DNA of 64,000 nt from an uncultured Bacteroidales bacterium (GTDB taxonomy: Bacteria > Bacteroidota > Bacteroidia > Bacteroidales > JAGOPY01), in NCBI GenBank assembly GCA_964619555.1, contig CAZUDV010000004.1, positions 4,911-68,910 of the forward strand, written 5' to 3'. Shown here one piece after another: positions 1-9,094 of this stretch (its first letter is position 1; each line of letters opens with the position of its first letter). Under the pieces are notes generated by a model. It was not told the origin of the DNA. It saw nothing but the letters and a program-made list of their open reading frames with translations, and did not search any database. The position numbers were made by a program, and so were the translations under genes.

Positions 1-209
1 CTTTCCAGGACTGCCTCACTTTTATAAAATTCCTCCCGGCTGAATACTACCGTCGGAATACCCAGCTTTTCAGCCCTTTTCAGGACATAAGCATCAGGCT
101 TGTTGGCCAAAATCAGGGATACTTTTATATCAGGGTGCCCCCTGAAGTACTCTGCAATGTTCTGGGCATTCGTGCCGCTCCCTGAGGCGAAAATGGCTAA
201 GTGGTGCAT
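1..209 (-). CDS. purN: phosphoribosylglycinamide formyltransferase, N-terminal part (gene continues past the left window edge)
   Basis: Reverse translation from ATG at 207-209 reads MHHLAIFASGSGTNAQNIAEYFRGHPDIKVSLILANKPDAYVLKRAEKLGIPTVVF. The FASGSGTN N-terminus is typical of PurN. It is absent from the ORF track because it is truncated. Confidence 0.7.
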   Translation of the reverse strand, partial: MHHLAIFASGSGTNAQNIAEYFRGHPDIKVSLILANKPDAYVLKRAEKLGIPTVVFSREEFYKSEAVLE

Positions 210-394
210 CCGGTCGGTTTTTTATGGCCAAAGTTAGCCATTATCCCCGGATTGTATAAATATATACAATGGAATCAATATAATTGAATGATAGCTGCTT
301 ACAAACTTCAATCTCCAAAATTTTTCTAAAAATATTGCTTTTAAACAATATTTATGTTTTCTTTGCACACTTGTTTAACCAAAATCATTTAAGT

Positions 395-631
395 ATGTCG
401 GACATAGCAACCAGAGTCAAAGCTATCATAGTTGATAAGCTTGGTGTAGACGAAAACGAAGTTACTCCTGAAGCCAGTTTCACAAACGATTTGGGAGCTG
501 ATTCCCTCGACACGGTTGAACTGATCATGGAATTTGAAAAAGAATTCAACATCGCCATTCCAGATGACGCTGCGGAGAAGATCGGAACAGTTGGTGACGC
601 AATCAAGTATATTGAAGAAAACGCCAAGTAA
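395..631 (+). CDS. acpP: acyl carrier protein
   Basis: [51 protein letters not shown] contains the DSLD phosphopantetheine attachment motif. The ATG at 395 gives the canonical 78 aa; the track ORF from 284 is an upstream extension. It lies directly upstream of fabF. Confidence 0.95.
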   Translation: MSDIATRVKAIIVDKLGVDENEVTPEASFTNDLGADSLDTVELIMEFEKEFNIAIPDDAAEKIGTVGDAIKYIEENAK

Positions 632-646
632 TTCTAATTTTCTTAC

Positions 647-1900
647 ATGCCAAACCGCCGAGTAGTTATTACCGGACTTGGTGCCCTGACCCCATTGGGC
701 AATACGGTCGAAGAAACCTGGACCGCATTGATCAATGGGGTTAGTGGTGCTGCAAGGATCACACATTTCGATCCCGAAAACTTTAAGACCCAGTTTGCCT
801 GCGAAGTGAAAAACTTCGACCCGAATGTTTATTTCGATCGCAAAGAGGCCAGAAAGTATGATCCTTATACCCATTTCGCCATCGCAGCAGTGGATCAGGC
901 AGTCGTTGACACCGGCATTGATCTTGAAAAGATTGACAAAGAGCGGATTGGTGTTATCTGGGCATCCGGTATAGGCGGACTCGAGACCTTTGAAAATGAG
1001 GTTACACTCTGGGCTAAAGGAGACGGGGTCCCCAGGTTCAGTCCTTTTTTCATACCCAAAATGATTGCGGACATAGCCGCCGGGCACATCTCGATACGAT
1101 ATGGCTTTATGGGCCCGAACTTCGCCACTGTATCGGCGTGCGCTTCTTCTGCCAACGCAATGGTTGACGCCCTGAACTATATACGACTGGGATATGCCGA
1201 TATGTTCATCACCGGCGGCTCGGAAGCTTCCATCACACCCGGAGGCGTCGGTGGATTCAATTCCATGCATGCCATCTCCACCCGCAACGATGATCCGAAA
1301 ACCGGTTCCAGACCTTTTGATAAAGACAGGGATGGTTTTGTTCTGGGAGAAGGAGGCGTTTGCCTTGTTTTCGAAGATCTTGAACATGCAAAAGCAAGAG
1401 GGGCAAAGATCTATGCCGAAGTTGGCGGTGGTGGCCTTTCAGGCGATGCCTACCATATGACTTCGCCCCATCCGGACGGCAAGGGCGCTATCATATCCAT
1501 GAAATTTGCCCTGAAAGATGCCGGCCTGAAACCGGAAGATATCGACCATATCAACACTCATGGAACCTCCACGCCCCTCGGAGATATCGCTGAACCCAGG
1601 GCAATTATCGGAACTTTCGGAGACCATGCCTACAAAATCAGCATTAATTCCACCAAATCCATGACCGGCCACCTTCTCGGTGCCGCCGGAGCTATCGAAG
1701 CCATGGCCACTGTCCTGGCTATTAAAAATGATATTGTACCACCAACCATTAACCATTTCACTGACGACCCTGAAATCGATAATAACCTCGATTTCACCTT
1801 CCATACCGCCAGAAAAAGGGTCATCCATGCAGCCCTTAGCAACACTTTTGGATTCGGAGGCCACAATGCCTCAATCATCTTTAAGAAATACCAGGATTAA
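647..1900 (+). CDS. fabF: beta-ketoacyl-ACP synthase II
   Basis: 417 aa with RRVVITGLGALTPLG at the N-terminus, the active-site Cys context ATVSACASS, an HGTSTPLGD His motif and a NTFGFGGHNASIIF end. The acpP-fabF order is conserved. Confidence 0.95.
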   Translation: MPNRRVVITGLGALTPLGNTVEETWTALINGVSGAARITHFDPENFKTQFACEVKNFDPNVYFDRKEARKYDPYTHFAIAAVDQAVVDTGIDLEKIDKERIGVIWASGIGGLETFENEVTLWAKGDGVPRFSPFFIPKMIADIAAGHISIRYGFMGPNFATVSACASSANAMVDALNYIRLGYADMFITGGSEASITPGGVGGFNSMHAISTRNDDPKTGSRPFDKDRDGFVLGEGGVCLVFEDLEHAKARGAKIYAEVGGGGLSGDAYHMTSPHPDGKGAIISMKFALKDAGLKPEDIDHINTHGTSTPLGDIAEPRAIIGTFGDHAYKISINSTKSMTGHLLGAAGAIEAMATVLAIKNDIVPPTINHFTDDPEIDNNLDFTFHTARKRVIHAALSNTFGFGGHNASIIFKKYQD

Positions 1901-1915
1901 AGGTCTGGTTTACTG

Positions 1916-2635
1916 ATGTTTCTGAAATTCATCCTGGTCCAGTTCTCCAAAGAAAAAACACTTTATTCTGCTGTTAAAAACCTGTTCGGGTATTATCCCG
2001 GCAATATCCGGTTATATAAGGTCGCCCTTTCTCATAAATCTGCCCCGCAACTGTGGACCAAAGGCCAGCAGGTTAATAACGAACGCCTTGAATATCTCGG
2101 GGATGCTGTTCTAAGTTCAATCATCGCCGATTACCTTTATAAAAAATTCCCTTATCAAAATGAGGGATTCCTGACTGAGATGCGCAGCCGGATCGTCAGC
2201 CGTAGCCGATTGCACAAACTATCCCTGAAAATGGGAATCGACAAGCTTATCTTTCATGGCACCGGCACCTTTACGGCAAGCAAATCCATTTACGGGGACA
2301 CTTTCGAAGCGCTCATTGGCGCTATCTACCTGGATCGGGGATATGATTTCACACGCAGTGTGATCATCCGGCGGATCATCGATGTCCACCTGGATATGGA
2401 TGATATCGAAAAAACCGATACGAACTTTAAAAGCAGGATCCTGGAGTATGCCCAAAGGGAAAAACGCCAGCTTGAATTTAAGGTGATCGAGGAACTGGGC
2501 GACGGCCATCGCAGGCAATACCTGGTGGAGCTTTATATCGATAATGTGCCTATCTCGCGCGGACAGGATTACTCCATTAAATCAGCCGAACAGTTTGCCG
2601 CCGAAAAAGCCTGCGAGAAACTGTTCGAGGAATGA
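1916..2635 (+). CDS. rnc: ribonuclease III
   Basis: Carries the NERLEYLGDAVL RNase III signature, plus FEALIGAIYLD and a C-terminal dsRBD-like segment. The fabF-rnc order is conserved. Confidence 0.9.
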   Translation: MFLKFILVQFSKEKTLYSAVKNLFGYYPGNIRLYKVALSHKSAPQLWTKGQQVNNERLEYLGDAVLSSIIADYLYKKFPYQNEGFLTEMRSRIVSRSRLHKLSLKMGIDKLIFHGTGTFTASKSIYGDTFEALIGAIYLDRGYDFTRSVIIRRIIDVHLDMDDIEKTDTNFKSRILEYAQREKRQLEFKVIEELGDGHRRQYLVELYIDNVPISRGQDYSIKSAEQFAAEKACEKLFEE

Positions 2636-2698
2636 GAGGAAGTGCTTACCTTTAGGAAAAATATAAATTTAGAATTTAGAATTTTGAATTCGGGTCTT

Positions 2699-4699
2699 AT
2701 GAATATGAAAAAGTATTCTGTCTTCATACTTTACTTTGGGATTTTTCATCTGCTTCTTTCCTCATGTTCTTCCAATGAAGAAATACCGGTCATTTCGCCC
2801 GACGGCCGGAATGTCATCGTATTCTTACTGGAAGACGGAACCCCCTCATACCTGGTCAGGAGGGATAATCAAATCATTATTGATTCATCAGCTCTTGGTT
2901 TTGAGTTAAAAGGGAAAGATTTTCTCAAAGATGGGTTCAAATTAAAGGAAGCCAAACTGAGCGGCAACTACGACCGCTGGGAACCGGTGTGGGGACAAAG
3001 GAGCCGGATCTATGACCGTTATAGTCAATTACTGGTGACCCTCGAAGAAAAGGAATCACCAGGACGCATCCTGCAGGTTGAATTAAAGGCTTTCGACGAT
3101 GGGGTGGCTTTCCGTTATGTCGTCCCGGAACAGGAAAATCTGAAGAAGGTCGAGATCATGGAGGAGCTGACCCGGTTTAAATTTTCGGAAGATTACAGCA
3201 CCTGGTGGATACCCGGGGATTATGACAATCACGAGTACCTTTACCGTAATACCCCATTAAGCGCTGTTGATTCAGTGAATACGCCTTTCACAATGGAATC
3301 ATTGACTGACAGCTTATGCATCAGCGTTCATGAAGCGAGCCTGGTGAATTACCCGGAGATGAGGCTTTTCAGGTCGAAAGACGATCCGCTTATGCTTGAG
3401 TGCCGCCTGGTGCCCTGGCCGGATGGCGTGAAAGCCAGAGTTGATGTGCCTTTCCAGACTCCATGGAGGACCCTCCAGCTCTCCGATGATGCCGGCGGGC
3501 TCATCGAATCGACCATGATTCTGAATCTGAATGAACCGTCGAAAATAGAAGATGTTTCCTGGATCCAGCCGATGAAATATGTCGGGATCTGGTGGGGAAT
3601 GCACATTGGTAAATATACCTGGGCTTCGGGGCCGAAACATGGCGCCACCACTGAGAATGCGAAGAGATACATAGATTTTGCCGCCAATAACAACATTCCT
3701 GGGGTCCTGGTGGAGGGATGGAACAAAGGCTGGGAAAGATGGGTCGACGGGGTGGAATTCCCCATGATGGAAGCTTATGAAGACTATGACCTGGAAGAAG
3801 TGGCTTCTTATGCCAGGGACAAAGGCGTTTATCTGATAGCCCACAATGAAACTGCTGCCAATGCTGAGTTTTACGAAACGGAAATCGACTCAGCCTATGC
3901 CTTGTATCAAAAGCTCGGGATTCGTGCCATAAAAACGGGATATGTGGGAAAAATAAGGCCTTTGGGACAGTATCATCACGGTCAGTGGATGGTCAATCAC
4001 CAGGCCATGGTGATTGAAAAAGCGGCGAAAAACCAGATCATGGTGGATGCGCATGAGACGGTAAAAGCCACAGGCCTGGAGCGTACCTGGCCGAACTTTA
4101 TGTCGAGGGAATGGGGAAGGGGCAATGAATACGAAGCCTGGAGCGATGGGAACCCTCCCGATCATACCTGTATCCTGCCATTCACCAGGGTGCTTGCCGG
4201 GCCATTCGATTACACCCCCGGCATCTTCGGCATCTTCTTCAAAGAATATAAACCGGATAACCGGGTACATACCACACTGGCCAAGCAACTGGCGCTGATG
4301 GTAATCATTTACAGCCCGTTACAGATGGCGGCGGATATTATTGAAAATTATGAACACCCTGCTTTCCAGTTCATCCGTGATGTTCCTGCCAACTGGGATG
4401 ACACGAAGGTCCTCAACGCCAGGATAGGGGATTATGTGACCATCGCCCGGAAGAAGAACAATACCTGGTACATGGGGTCCATAACGGACGAAAACAACAG
4501 GGATTTCACGCTTAAACTTGATTTCCTGGATGATGACACCCAGTATGAAGCCGTCATTTATGGGGATGGTCCCGAGGCGGACTGGGAGACGAATCCTTTG
4601 GATTATATTATTACGAAGAAACTGGTCAGGAAGGACGACGAATTCAGGATCTTACTGGCTAGGGGAGGAGGAATGGCAGTAGTCCTGCGACCGGTGTAG
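2699..4699 (+). CDS. glycoside hydrolase family 97 (alpha-glucosidase, SusB-like) lipoprotein
   Basis: About 665 aa with blocks typical of GH97: YVGIWWGMHIGKYTWASGPKHGATTENAKRYIDFAA, GVLVEGWNKGWE, IKTGYVG and FMSREWGRGNEYEAW. The track start at 2642 is GTG. ATG at 2699/2705 gives the lipoprotein signal MNMKKYSVFILYFGIFHLLLSSCS. Confidence 0.85.
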   Translation: MNMKKYSVFILYFGIFHLLLSSCSSNEEIPVISPDGRNVIVFLLEDGTPSYLVRRDNQIIIDSSALGFELKGKDFLKDGFKLKEAKLSGNYDRWEPVWGQRSRIYDRYSQLLVTLEEKESPGRILQVELKAFDDGVAFRYVVPEQENLKKVEIMEELTRFKFSEDYSTWWIPGDYDNHEYLYRNTPLSAVDSVNTPFTMESLTDSLCISVHEASLVNYPEMRLFRSKDDPLMLECRLVPWPDGVKARVDVPFQTPWRTLQLSDDAGGLIESTMILNLNEPSKIEDVSWIQPMKYVGIWWGMHIGKYTWASGPKHGATTENAKRYIDFAANNNIPGVLVEGWNKGWERWVDGVEFPMMEAYEDYDLEEVASYARDKGVYLIAHNETAANAEFYETEIDSAYALYQKLGIRAIKTGYVGKIRPLGQYHHGQWMVNHQAMVIEKAAKNQIMVDAHETVKATGLERTWPNFMSREWGRGNEYEAWSDGNPPDHTCILPFTRVLAGPFDYTPGIFGIFFKEYKPDNRVHTTLAKQLALMVIIYSPLQMAADIIENYEHPAFQFIRDVPANWDDTKVLNARIGDYVTIARKKNNTWYMGSITDENNRDFTLKLDFLDDDTQYEAVIYGDGPEADWETNPLDYIITKKLVRKDDEFRILLARGGGMAVVLRPV

Positions 4700-4749
4700 G
4701 ATTCAAGATCCTTCGGGCCCAACCCTCAGGACATGTTCAGAACACCAGA

Positions 4750-5193
4750 ATGGCAAAAAAGTTAAAAATATCGGCTGAAGTCACCTTCGATTACACCATG
4801 TTCGGAGTAGCATGCCATTTGAAGGACTACCGTTTCGTATTCTTTCTGAATGCCGCACTGGGATTCCGGTTCAAAAGGGTGGACGATCTGATGATAAAGG
4901 ATGGGGAGGCGGAGAAAGCCTATTCATTCTTTTTGTACCATCATCCGGACCAGCGGCGCAATTACTACCTGGTATCCAATTACAATGAGTCGGGACGTCT
5001 GATCCCTGCTGAAAAGGGAGCGGATTTTTTCATCATTACGGACGATATTCTGCCTTCTGAAGACAAGAGGCAACTGATCACAAGCATCCAGTCGGTCCAT
5101 CAGGTCCTGGCAGCTTATGAAATCCCCCGGACGAAAGCAAAAAATTTAGAGGTGATCTTCCAGGAGATCGAGATGCATTTTCTGGAAGATTAG
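4750..5193 (+). CDS. hypothetical protein (147 aa, no family recognised by eye)
   Basis: Clean ATG ORF with no competing frame, converging on the pheS stop. No signal peptide. Confidence 0.5.
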   Translation: MAKKLKISAEVTFDYTMFGVACHLKDYRFVFFLNAALGFRFKRVDDLMIKDGEAEKAYSFFLYHHPDQRRNYYLVSNYNESGRLIPAEKGADFFIITDDILPSEDKRQLITSIQSVHQVLAAYEIPRTKAKNLEVIFQEIEMHFLED

Positions 5194-6212
5194 ACGGCCC
5201 CGGTAAACTGCCTTAAAAACCGGACATCATTCTCGAAAAACAACCGGATATCCTGGATCCGGTATTTCAGGATGGTTATCCTTTCAATGCCCATGCCGAA
5301 TGCAAATCCGGTATATTCGTTGCTGTCAATGCCGCAGTTCTCCAGCACATTCGGGTCCACCATGCCGCAGCCCAGGATTTCAACCCACCCGGAATATTTG
5401 CAGATGGGGCAGCCCTTTCCGCCACAGACAAAGCATGAGACGTCCATTTCGGCCGATGGTTCCGTGAACGGGAAATAACTTGGCCGGAACCGGACCTGGG
5501 TACCCTCACCGTACATCTCATGCGCGAAATAGTAAAGGGTTTGCTTCAGGTCGGCGAAGGAAACGTCATGATCGACATAAAGGCCTTCCACTTGATGAAA
5601 GATACAGTGAGCGCGGGCCGAGATGGCTTCATTACGGAACACGCGGCCGGGATAGATCTCCCGTATCGGTGGTTTTCGCTGCTCCATGGCACGGATCTGG
5701 ACCGAGGATGTATGGGTACGAAGCAGGATATCCGGATTTTTTCCAATGAAGAAGGTGTCCTGCATATCGCGGGCCGGATGATCCTGCTGAAAATTCAGGG
5801 CCGTGAAGTTATGCCAGTCGTCTTCGATCTCTGGGCCTTCGGCTACTACGAAACCGATCCGGTTGAAGATCCGGATGATCTCGTTACGTACGACCGACAG
5901 CGGGTGCCTGGAGCCCAGGGGCTGGAAGTCGGCAGGCAAGGTCAGGTCGATATCGGATTTAGTTTCCACGACTGAGCTTTCGATCTGTTCTTTCAGGGCA
6001 TTGACTTTATCCTGTGCCGAATTTTTCAGGATATTCAAAGCCTGCCCCACTTCCCGGCGCTGTTCCGGTGGTACGTTCCTGAATTCCTCGAACAAGGCGG
6101 GAATAAGGCCTTTTTTGCTGAGATACCTGATCCGGAATTGCTCCAGCTCTTCAGCGTTATGCGTGGAGAAGGAATCGATCTCGGAGAGGTACTGTTTGAT
6201 CAGGTCGTGCAT
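5190..6212 (-). CDS. pheS: phenylalanine--tRNA ligase alpha subunit
   Basis: Class II aaRS motifs are present: HPARDMQDTFF, FRNEAISARAHCIFHQVEG and GFAFGMGIERI. The track start at 6233 is GTG inside a GC hairpin, so the ATG at 6212 (MHDLIKQYL) was preferred. Confidence 0.93.
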   Translation of the reverse strand: MHDLIKQYLSEIDSFSTHNAEELEQFRIRYLSKKGLIPALFEEFRNVPPEQRREVGQALNILKNSAQDKVNALKEQIESSVVETKSDIDLTLPADFQPLGSRHPLSVVRNEIIRIFNRIGFVVAEGPEIEDDWHNFTALNFQQDHPARDMQDTFFIGKNPDILLRTHTSSVQIRAMEQRKPPIREIYPGRVFRNEAISARAHCIFHQVEGLYVDHDVSFADLKQTLYYFAHEMYGEGTQVRFRPSYFPFTEPSAEMDVSCFVCGGKGCPICKYSGWVEILGCGMVDPNVLENCGIDSNEYTGFAFGMGIERITILKYRIQDIRLFFENDVRFLRQFTGAV

Positions 6213-6230
6213 ATTCAGTGCTGATGAACC

Positions 6231-6276
6231 CACCCCCTGGCCCCCTCCCTTCGAGAAGGGAGGGGGCCAGGGGGTG
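6231..6276 (-). terminator. GC-rich perfect hairpin (20-bp stem, 6-nt loop) downstream of the cyclophilin gene
   Basis: caccccctggccccctccct tcgaga agggagggggccagggggtg. It starts 12 nt after the stop at 6288 on the minus strand and has no U-tract. Confidence 0.55.
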
Positions 6277-6287
6277 AGATTATTGAT

Positions 6288-6941
6288 TTATTCCAGAATC
6301 TCGACCGTCATAGTCACTGGCTTGAGTGGTTTGTCGCCGGCATCGCGCGGCACGGCGGCAATTTTATCGACCACTTCATAACCGCTCACCACTTCTCCGA
6401 AAACGGTATATCCACCATCCAGCCAGGGGGCCCCACCGACGGTGGTATAGATTTTCCTCTGCTCGGGAGTGAACTTGATCTTCAGACGCGTTTCGTAATT
6501 GTTCAGGGTGGCTTCGTCCAGAACAGAGCCCTGAACGATATAGAACTGGCATCCGGAAGATTTCTTTTCGGGATTGACGTTGTCGCCCATGCGGGCTGCG
6601 GCCAGGGCACCTTTTTTATGGAAGTGATTGGGAGTGATCTCAGCGGGGATTGTATAACCGATATCGGCCCGGCCATCCTTATTGCCTCCTCCCTGGATCA
6701 TGAATTGCGGAATGATTCGGTGGAACGGGGAACCATCGTACCATCCCTCCTTAATATTCTTTATGAAATTATCCCGGTGTTTCGGTGTATCATTGTAAAG
6801 TTTGAGGGTGATATCCCCGAATTCGGTTTTGACAAGGACCAGGGTCTCGGTGCCTGATTTGCTTTGCGGGGTGCTCTGCGAGCAACCTGATTGCTGAATA
6901 GCCATGAACAGAACGATTAGGATTATAACTGCATTTTTCAT
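6288..6941 (-). CDS. peptidyl-prolyl cis-trans isomerase, cyclophilin type, secreted/lipoprotein
   Basis: FHRIIPQFMIQGGG and SSGCQFYIV are cyclophilin signatures. The N-terminal signal carries a Cys (MKNAVIILIVLFMAIQQSGCS). Confidence 0.9.
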   Translation of the reverse strand: MKNAVIILIVLFMAIQQSGCSQSTPQSKSGTETLVLVKTEFGDITLKLYNDTPKHRDNFIKNIKEGWYDGSPFHRIIPQFMIQGGGNKDGRADIGYTIPAEITPNHFHKKGALAAARMGDNVNPEKKSSGCQFYIVQGSVLDEATLNNYETRLKIKFTPEQRKIYTTVGGAPWLDGGYTVFGEVVSGYEVVDKIAAVPRDAGDKPLKPVTMTVEILE

Positions 6942-7004
6942 AGTGGATCGTATTTAATTGGATCGATGGGGCAAAGGTAGAAAATTCCTGTTAAAGTGTG
7001 GAGT

Positions 7005-7598
7005 TCAGGGTTTGTTCTGATTTCGCCCTGTTTTTTCAAGGAAACAGTGCCGGCAGAGGGGCTCATAATTATCCGTCTCACCCAGCACGACGAGCCCCTG
7101 CTTATCGACTGTGCGGTGCGAATACTGGGCAAGGCCGCCGCAACTGATGCAAATGGCATGGACCTTATCCACATACTCTGCCGTGGCCAGCAATGCCGGC
7201 ATCGGCCCGAACGGCTTGCCTGTATAATCCATATCCAGTCCCGCCACGATGACCCGCGTGCCCGCATCTGCCAGCTTATTGCAAACGGTAACGATCTCGT
7301 CATCGAAGAACTGGGCCTCATCGATTCCAACAACATCATAATCATGAGAATAGAGCAGGATCTGAGAGGCTGCCTGGACAGGAGTGGATGGGACCGAGTG
7401 ATCATCATGGGAAACGACATGTTCCGTATGATACCGTGTGTCGATAGCCGGCTTGAAGATCTGAACGGTCTGGCGGGCAATCTGGGCACGGCGTAAACGG
7501 CGGATGAGCTCTTCGGTCTTACCGGAAAACATCGATCCGCAGATCACTTCGATCCAGCCTGATCTTGCTTTGCCGCTTTTTTGACGTTCCAGGAACAT
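7005..7598 (-). CDS. tdk: thymidine kinase
   Basis: P-loop [14 protein letters not shown], a DEAQFF motif, and C-terminal Zn-ribbon cysteines (CISCG ... CRHC). Confidence 0.95.
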   Translation of the reverse strand: MFLERQKSGKARSGWIEVICGSMFSGKTEELIRRLRRAQIARQTVQIFKPAIDTRYHTEHVVSHDDHSVPSTPVQAASQILLYSHDYDVVGIDEAQFFDDEIVTVCNKLADAGTRVIVAGLDMDYTGKPFGPMPALLATAEYVDKVHAICISCGGLAQYSHRTVDKQGLVVLGETDNYEPLCRHCFLEKTGRNQNKP

Positions 7599-7604
7599 GG
7601 GTTG

Positions 7605-7705
7605 GTTGTTTCTTGTTTCTAGTTTCTAGTATCTAGTTTCTGGTTTTTGGTTTCTGGTTTCTGGTTTCTGGTTTTTGGTTTCTGGTTTCTGGTTTCTGGT
7701 TTGGG
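7605..7705. repeat. tandem 7-nt word array (GGTTTCT and variants), immediately upstream of the tdk start
   Basis: ttgtttcttgtttctagtttctagtatctagtttctggtttttggtttctggtttctggtttctggtttttggtttctggtttctggtttctggtttgg has visible 7-nt periodicity. Confidence 0.85.
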
Positions 7706-7956
7706 ATTGTGCTAATCTGAACTCAAAAGTAGTATTTTCCTTTTTAGGATAAACTATAAGTCAGCCGTTTGTCCACCCTCAGGTCCTGACCATTATTAAC
7801 AGTCAACAGAATACTCATGCATGATCGCGGTTTACTCCCTTTCAACCCCCCTGTTTTCCGCTAATTTTTTCTATGGAAGTTTTCAACCAGGTTCAGGGAC
7901 TATTGCCATTATATTTTTGTATGGTCAAGTCAACGTAAATTCAACAACAGCAAAAA

Positions 7957-8502
7957 ATGAATGCCATGAAAAATATAGTCCTTGCATTGTTCGCACTCCT
8001 GCCAGCCCTTTGGGCCACCGCCCAGGAGAACCATCTTCCGGCCATAAACCTGAGAGACGTGGATGGGAAAGTGGTTTGTGCCTCTTCGATCACCGATTCC
8101 GGCAGGGCAACCTTGCTGGTCTTCTGGAAATCCTCGAGCATCAAATGTTGTGAAAACCTGGAAACCCTTTATGATGCCTGGACCAATAACCTTAAGGCAA
8201 AAGGGATCAAGCTGGTTGCCATTTGCATCGATTGCAACGGCTCCTGGACTCATGTCAAGCCGATCGTAAATGGAAATGACTGGGACTTTGAGACGTATAT
8301 TGATGTCAATGGGGATTTTAAACGGGCCATGAGTATTGGCGATGGCCCCTGCTCGCTGCTGTTCGACCAGGACCAGAACCTTGTCTACTGGTACAACGCA
8401 GCCTGCACCGGCAGCGAGGAATATATCTGCCATAACCTTCTTGAGCACCTGTACCCGGGGATGGTAAACAACGATTTCAAAGGATTTTCAGCTAAGAAGT
8501 AA
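7957..8502 (+). CDS. TlpA/redoxin-like thioredoxin-fold protein, secreted, with a degenerate active site
   Basis: Signal peptide MNAMKNIVLALFALLPALWATAQ. The block LLVFWKSSSIKCCENL sits where the WCxxC motif of TlpA-like proteins lies, with Ser replacing the first Cys in a hand alignment. Confidence 0.65.
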   Translation: MNAMKNIVLALFALLPALWATAQENHLPAINLRDVDGKVVCASSITDSGRATLLVFWKSSSIKCCENLETLYDAWTNNLKAKGIKLVAICIDCNGSWTHVKPIVNGNDWDFETYIDVNGDFKRAMSIGDGPCSLLFDQDQNLVYWYNAACTGSEEYICHNLLEHLYPGMVNNDFKGFSAKK

Positions 8503-9094
8503 AGCCGGATTCAACAGGGGGATATATTGGTGCAGGTATATAACTGGAATTTTTTCAGCATATTCGGGCAACTATTTTTACCTGTTGCCCGGTCCCCCAA
8601 TCCAACCTCATCGGCCTGACCACTTCATACAACGGCGTTGGCCGGGAACAGTCCCACCTTTCGACCCACCGGGAAATCCTTCCGGAACGACAGTAAGGCT
8701 TGGTTTGCCGGTGCAGAGTCGATAGCCGATAGTCGTTTGTCAGAGTTCTACTGATGGTTGATGCGATAACTAAAAATTTCCTGGCGTTGGTTAATCCAAA
8801 CGGCCCGTTCATTAATTAATCGAATATTTGCTTTTCCGGCAGCGTATTTTTATATTGTATAAAGTCGAATTAAGATTAACCCCGGAAGGAAAAATTATTC
8901 CGCTTTTTCAATACGGGAATTACGTGCCAAGCGTCAGATATATTAAAGCGGTTATTTTTTGGGTTGCCCGGGAATAGATAATGATTCCCGGGTTTTTATA
9001 TGGCGAACTGCCTGATATAACTTGACTATTGATTTTTCATTATTATCTCCTTATATTTAGGGTTGATTATTAATCCGCCGAGGCTAGCAATCAA

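Noticed and set aside
389-1387. 332-aa ORF antisense to acpP/fabF
   Set aside because: It overlaps two genes with unmistakable family motifs on the other strand. Its translation has no recognisable motif and a skewed composition typical of antisense frames.
8585-8760. Calling the GC island a cobalamin or FMN riboswitch
   Set aside because: Only a loose order of short blocks matches. The spacing between GGGAA and the GAAATCC block is far too long, the B12 box is poor, and the downstream gene is SusC-type rather than BtuB or a riboflavin gene.
8555-8812. 85-aa ORF in the susC upstream spacer
   Set aside because: The R/W/C-rich translation lacks any start context or family motif and coincides with a GC-rich island. 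It is treated as a possible non-coding RNA region instead (see findings).
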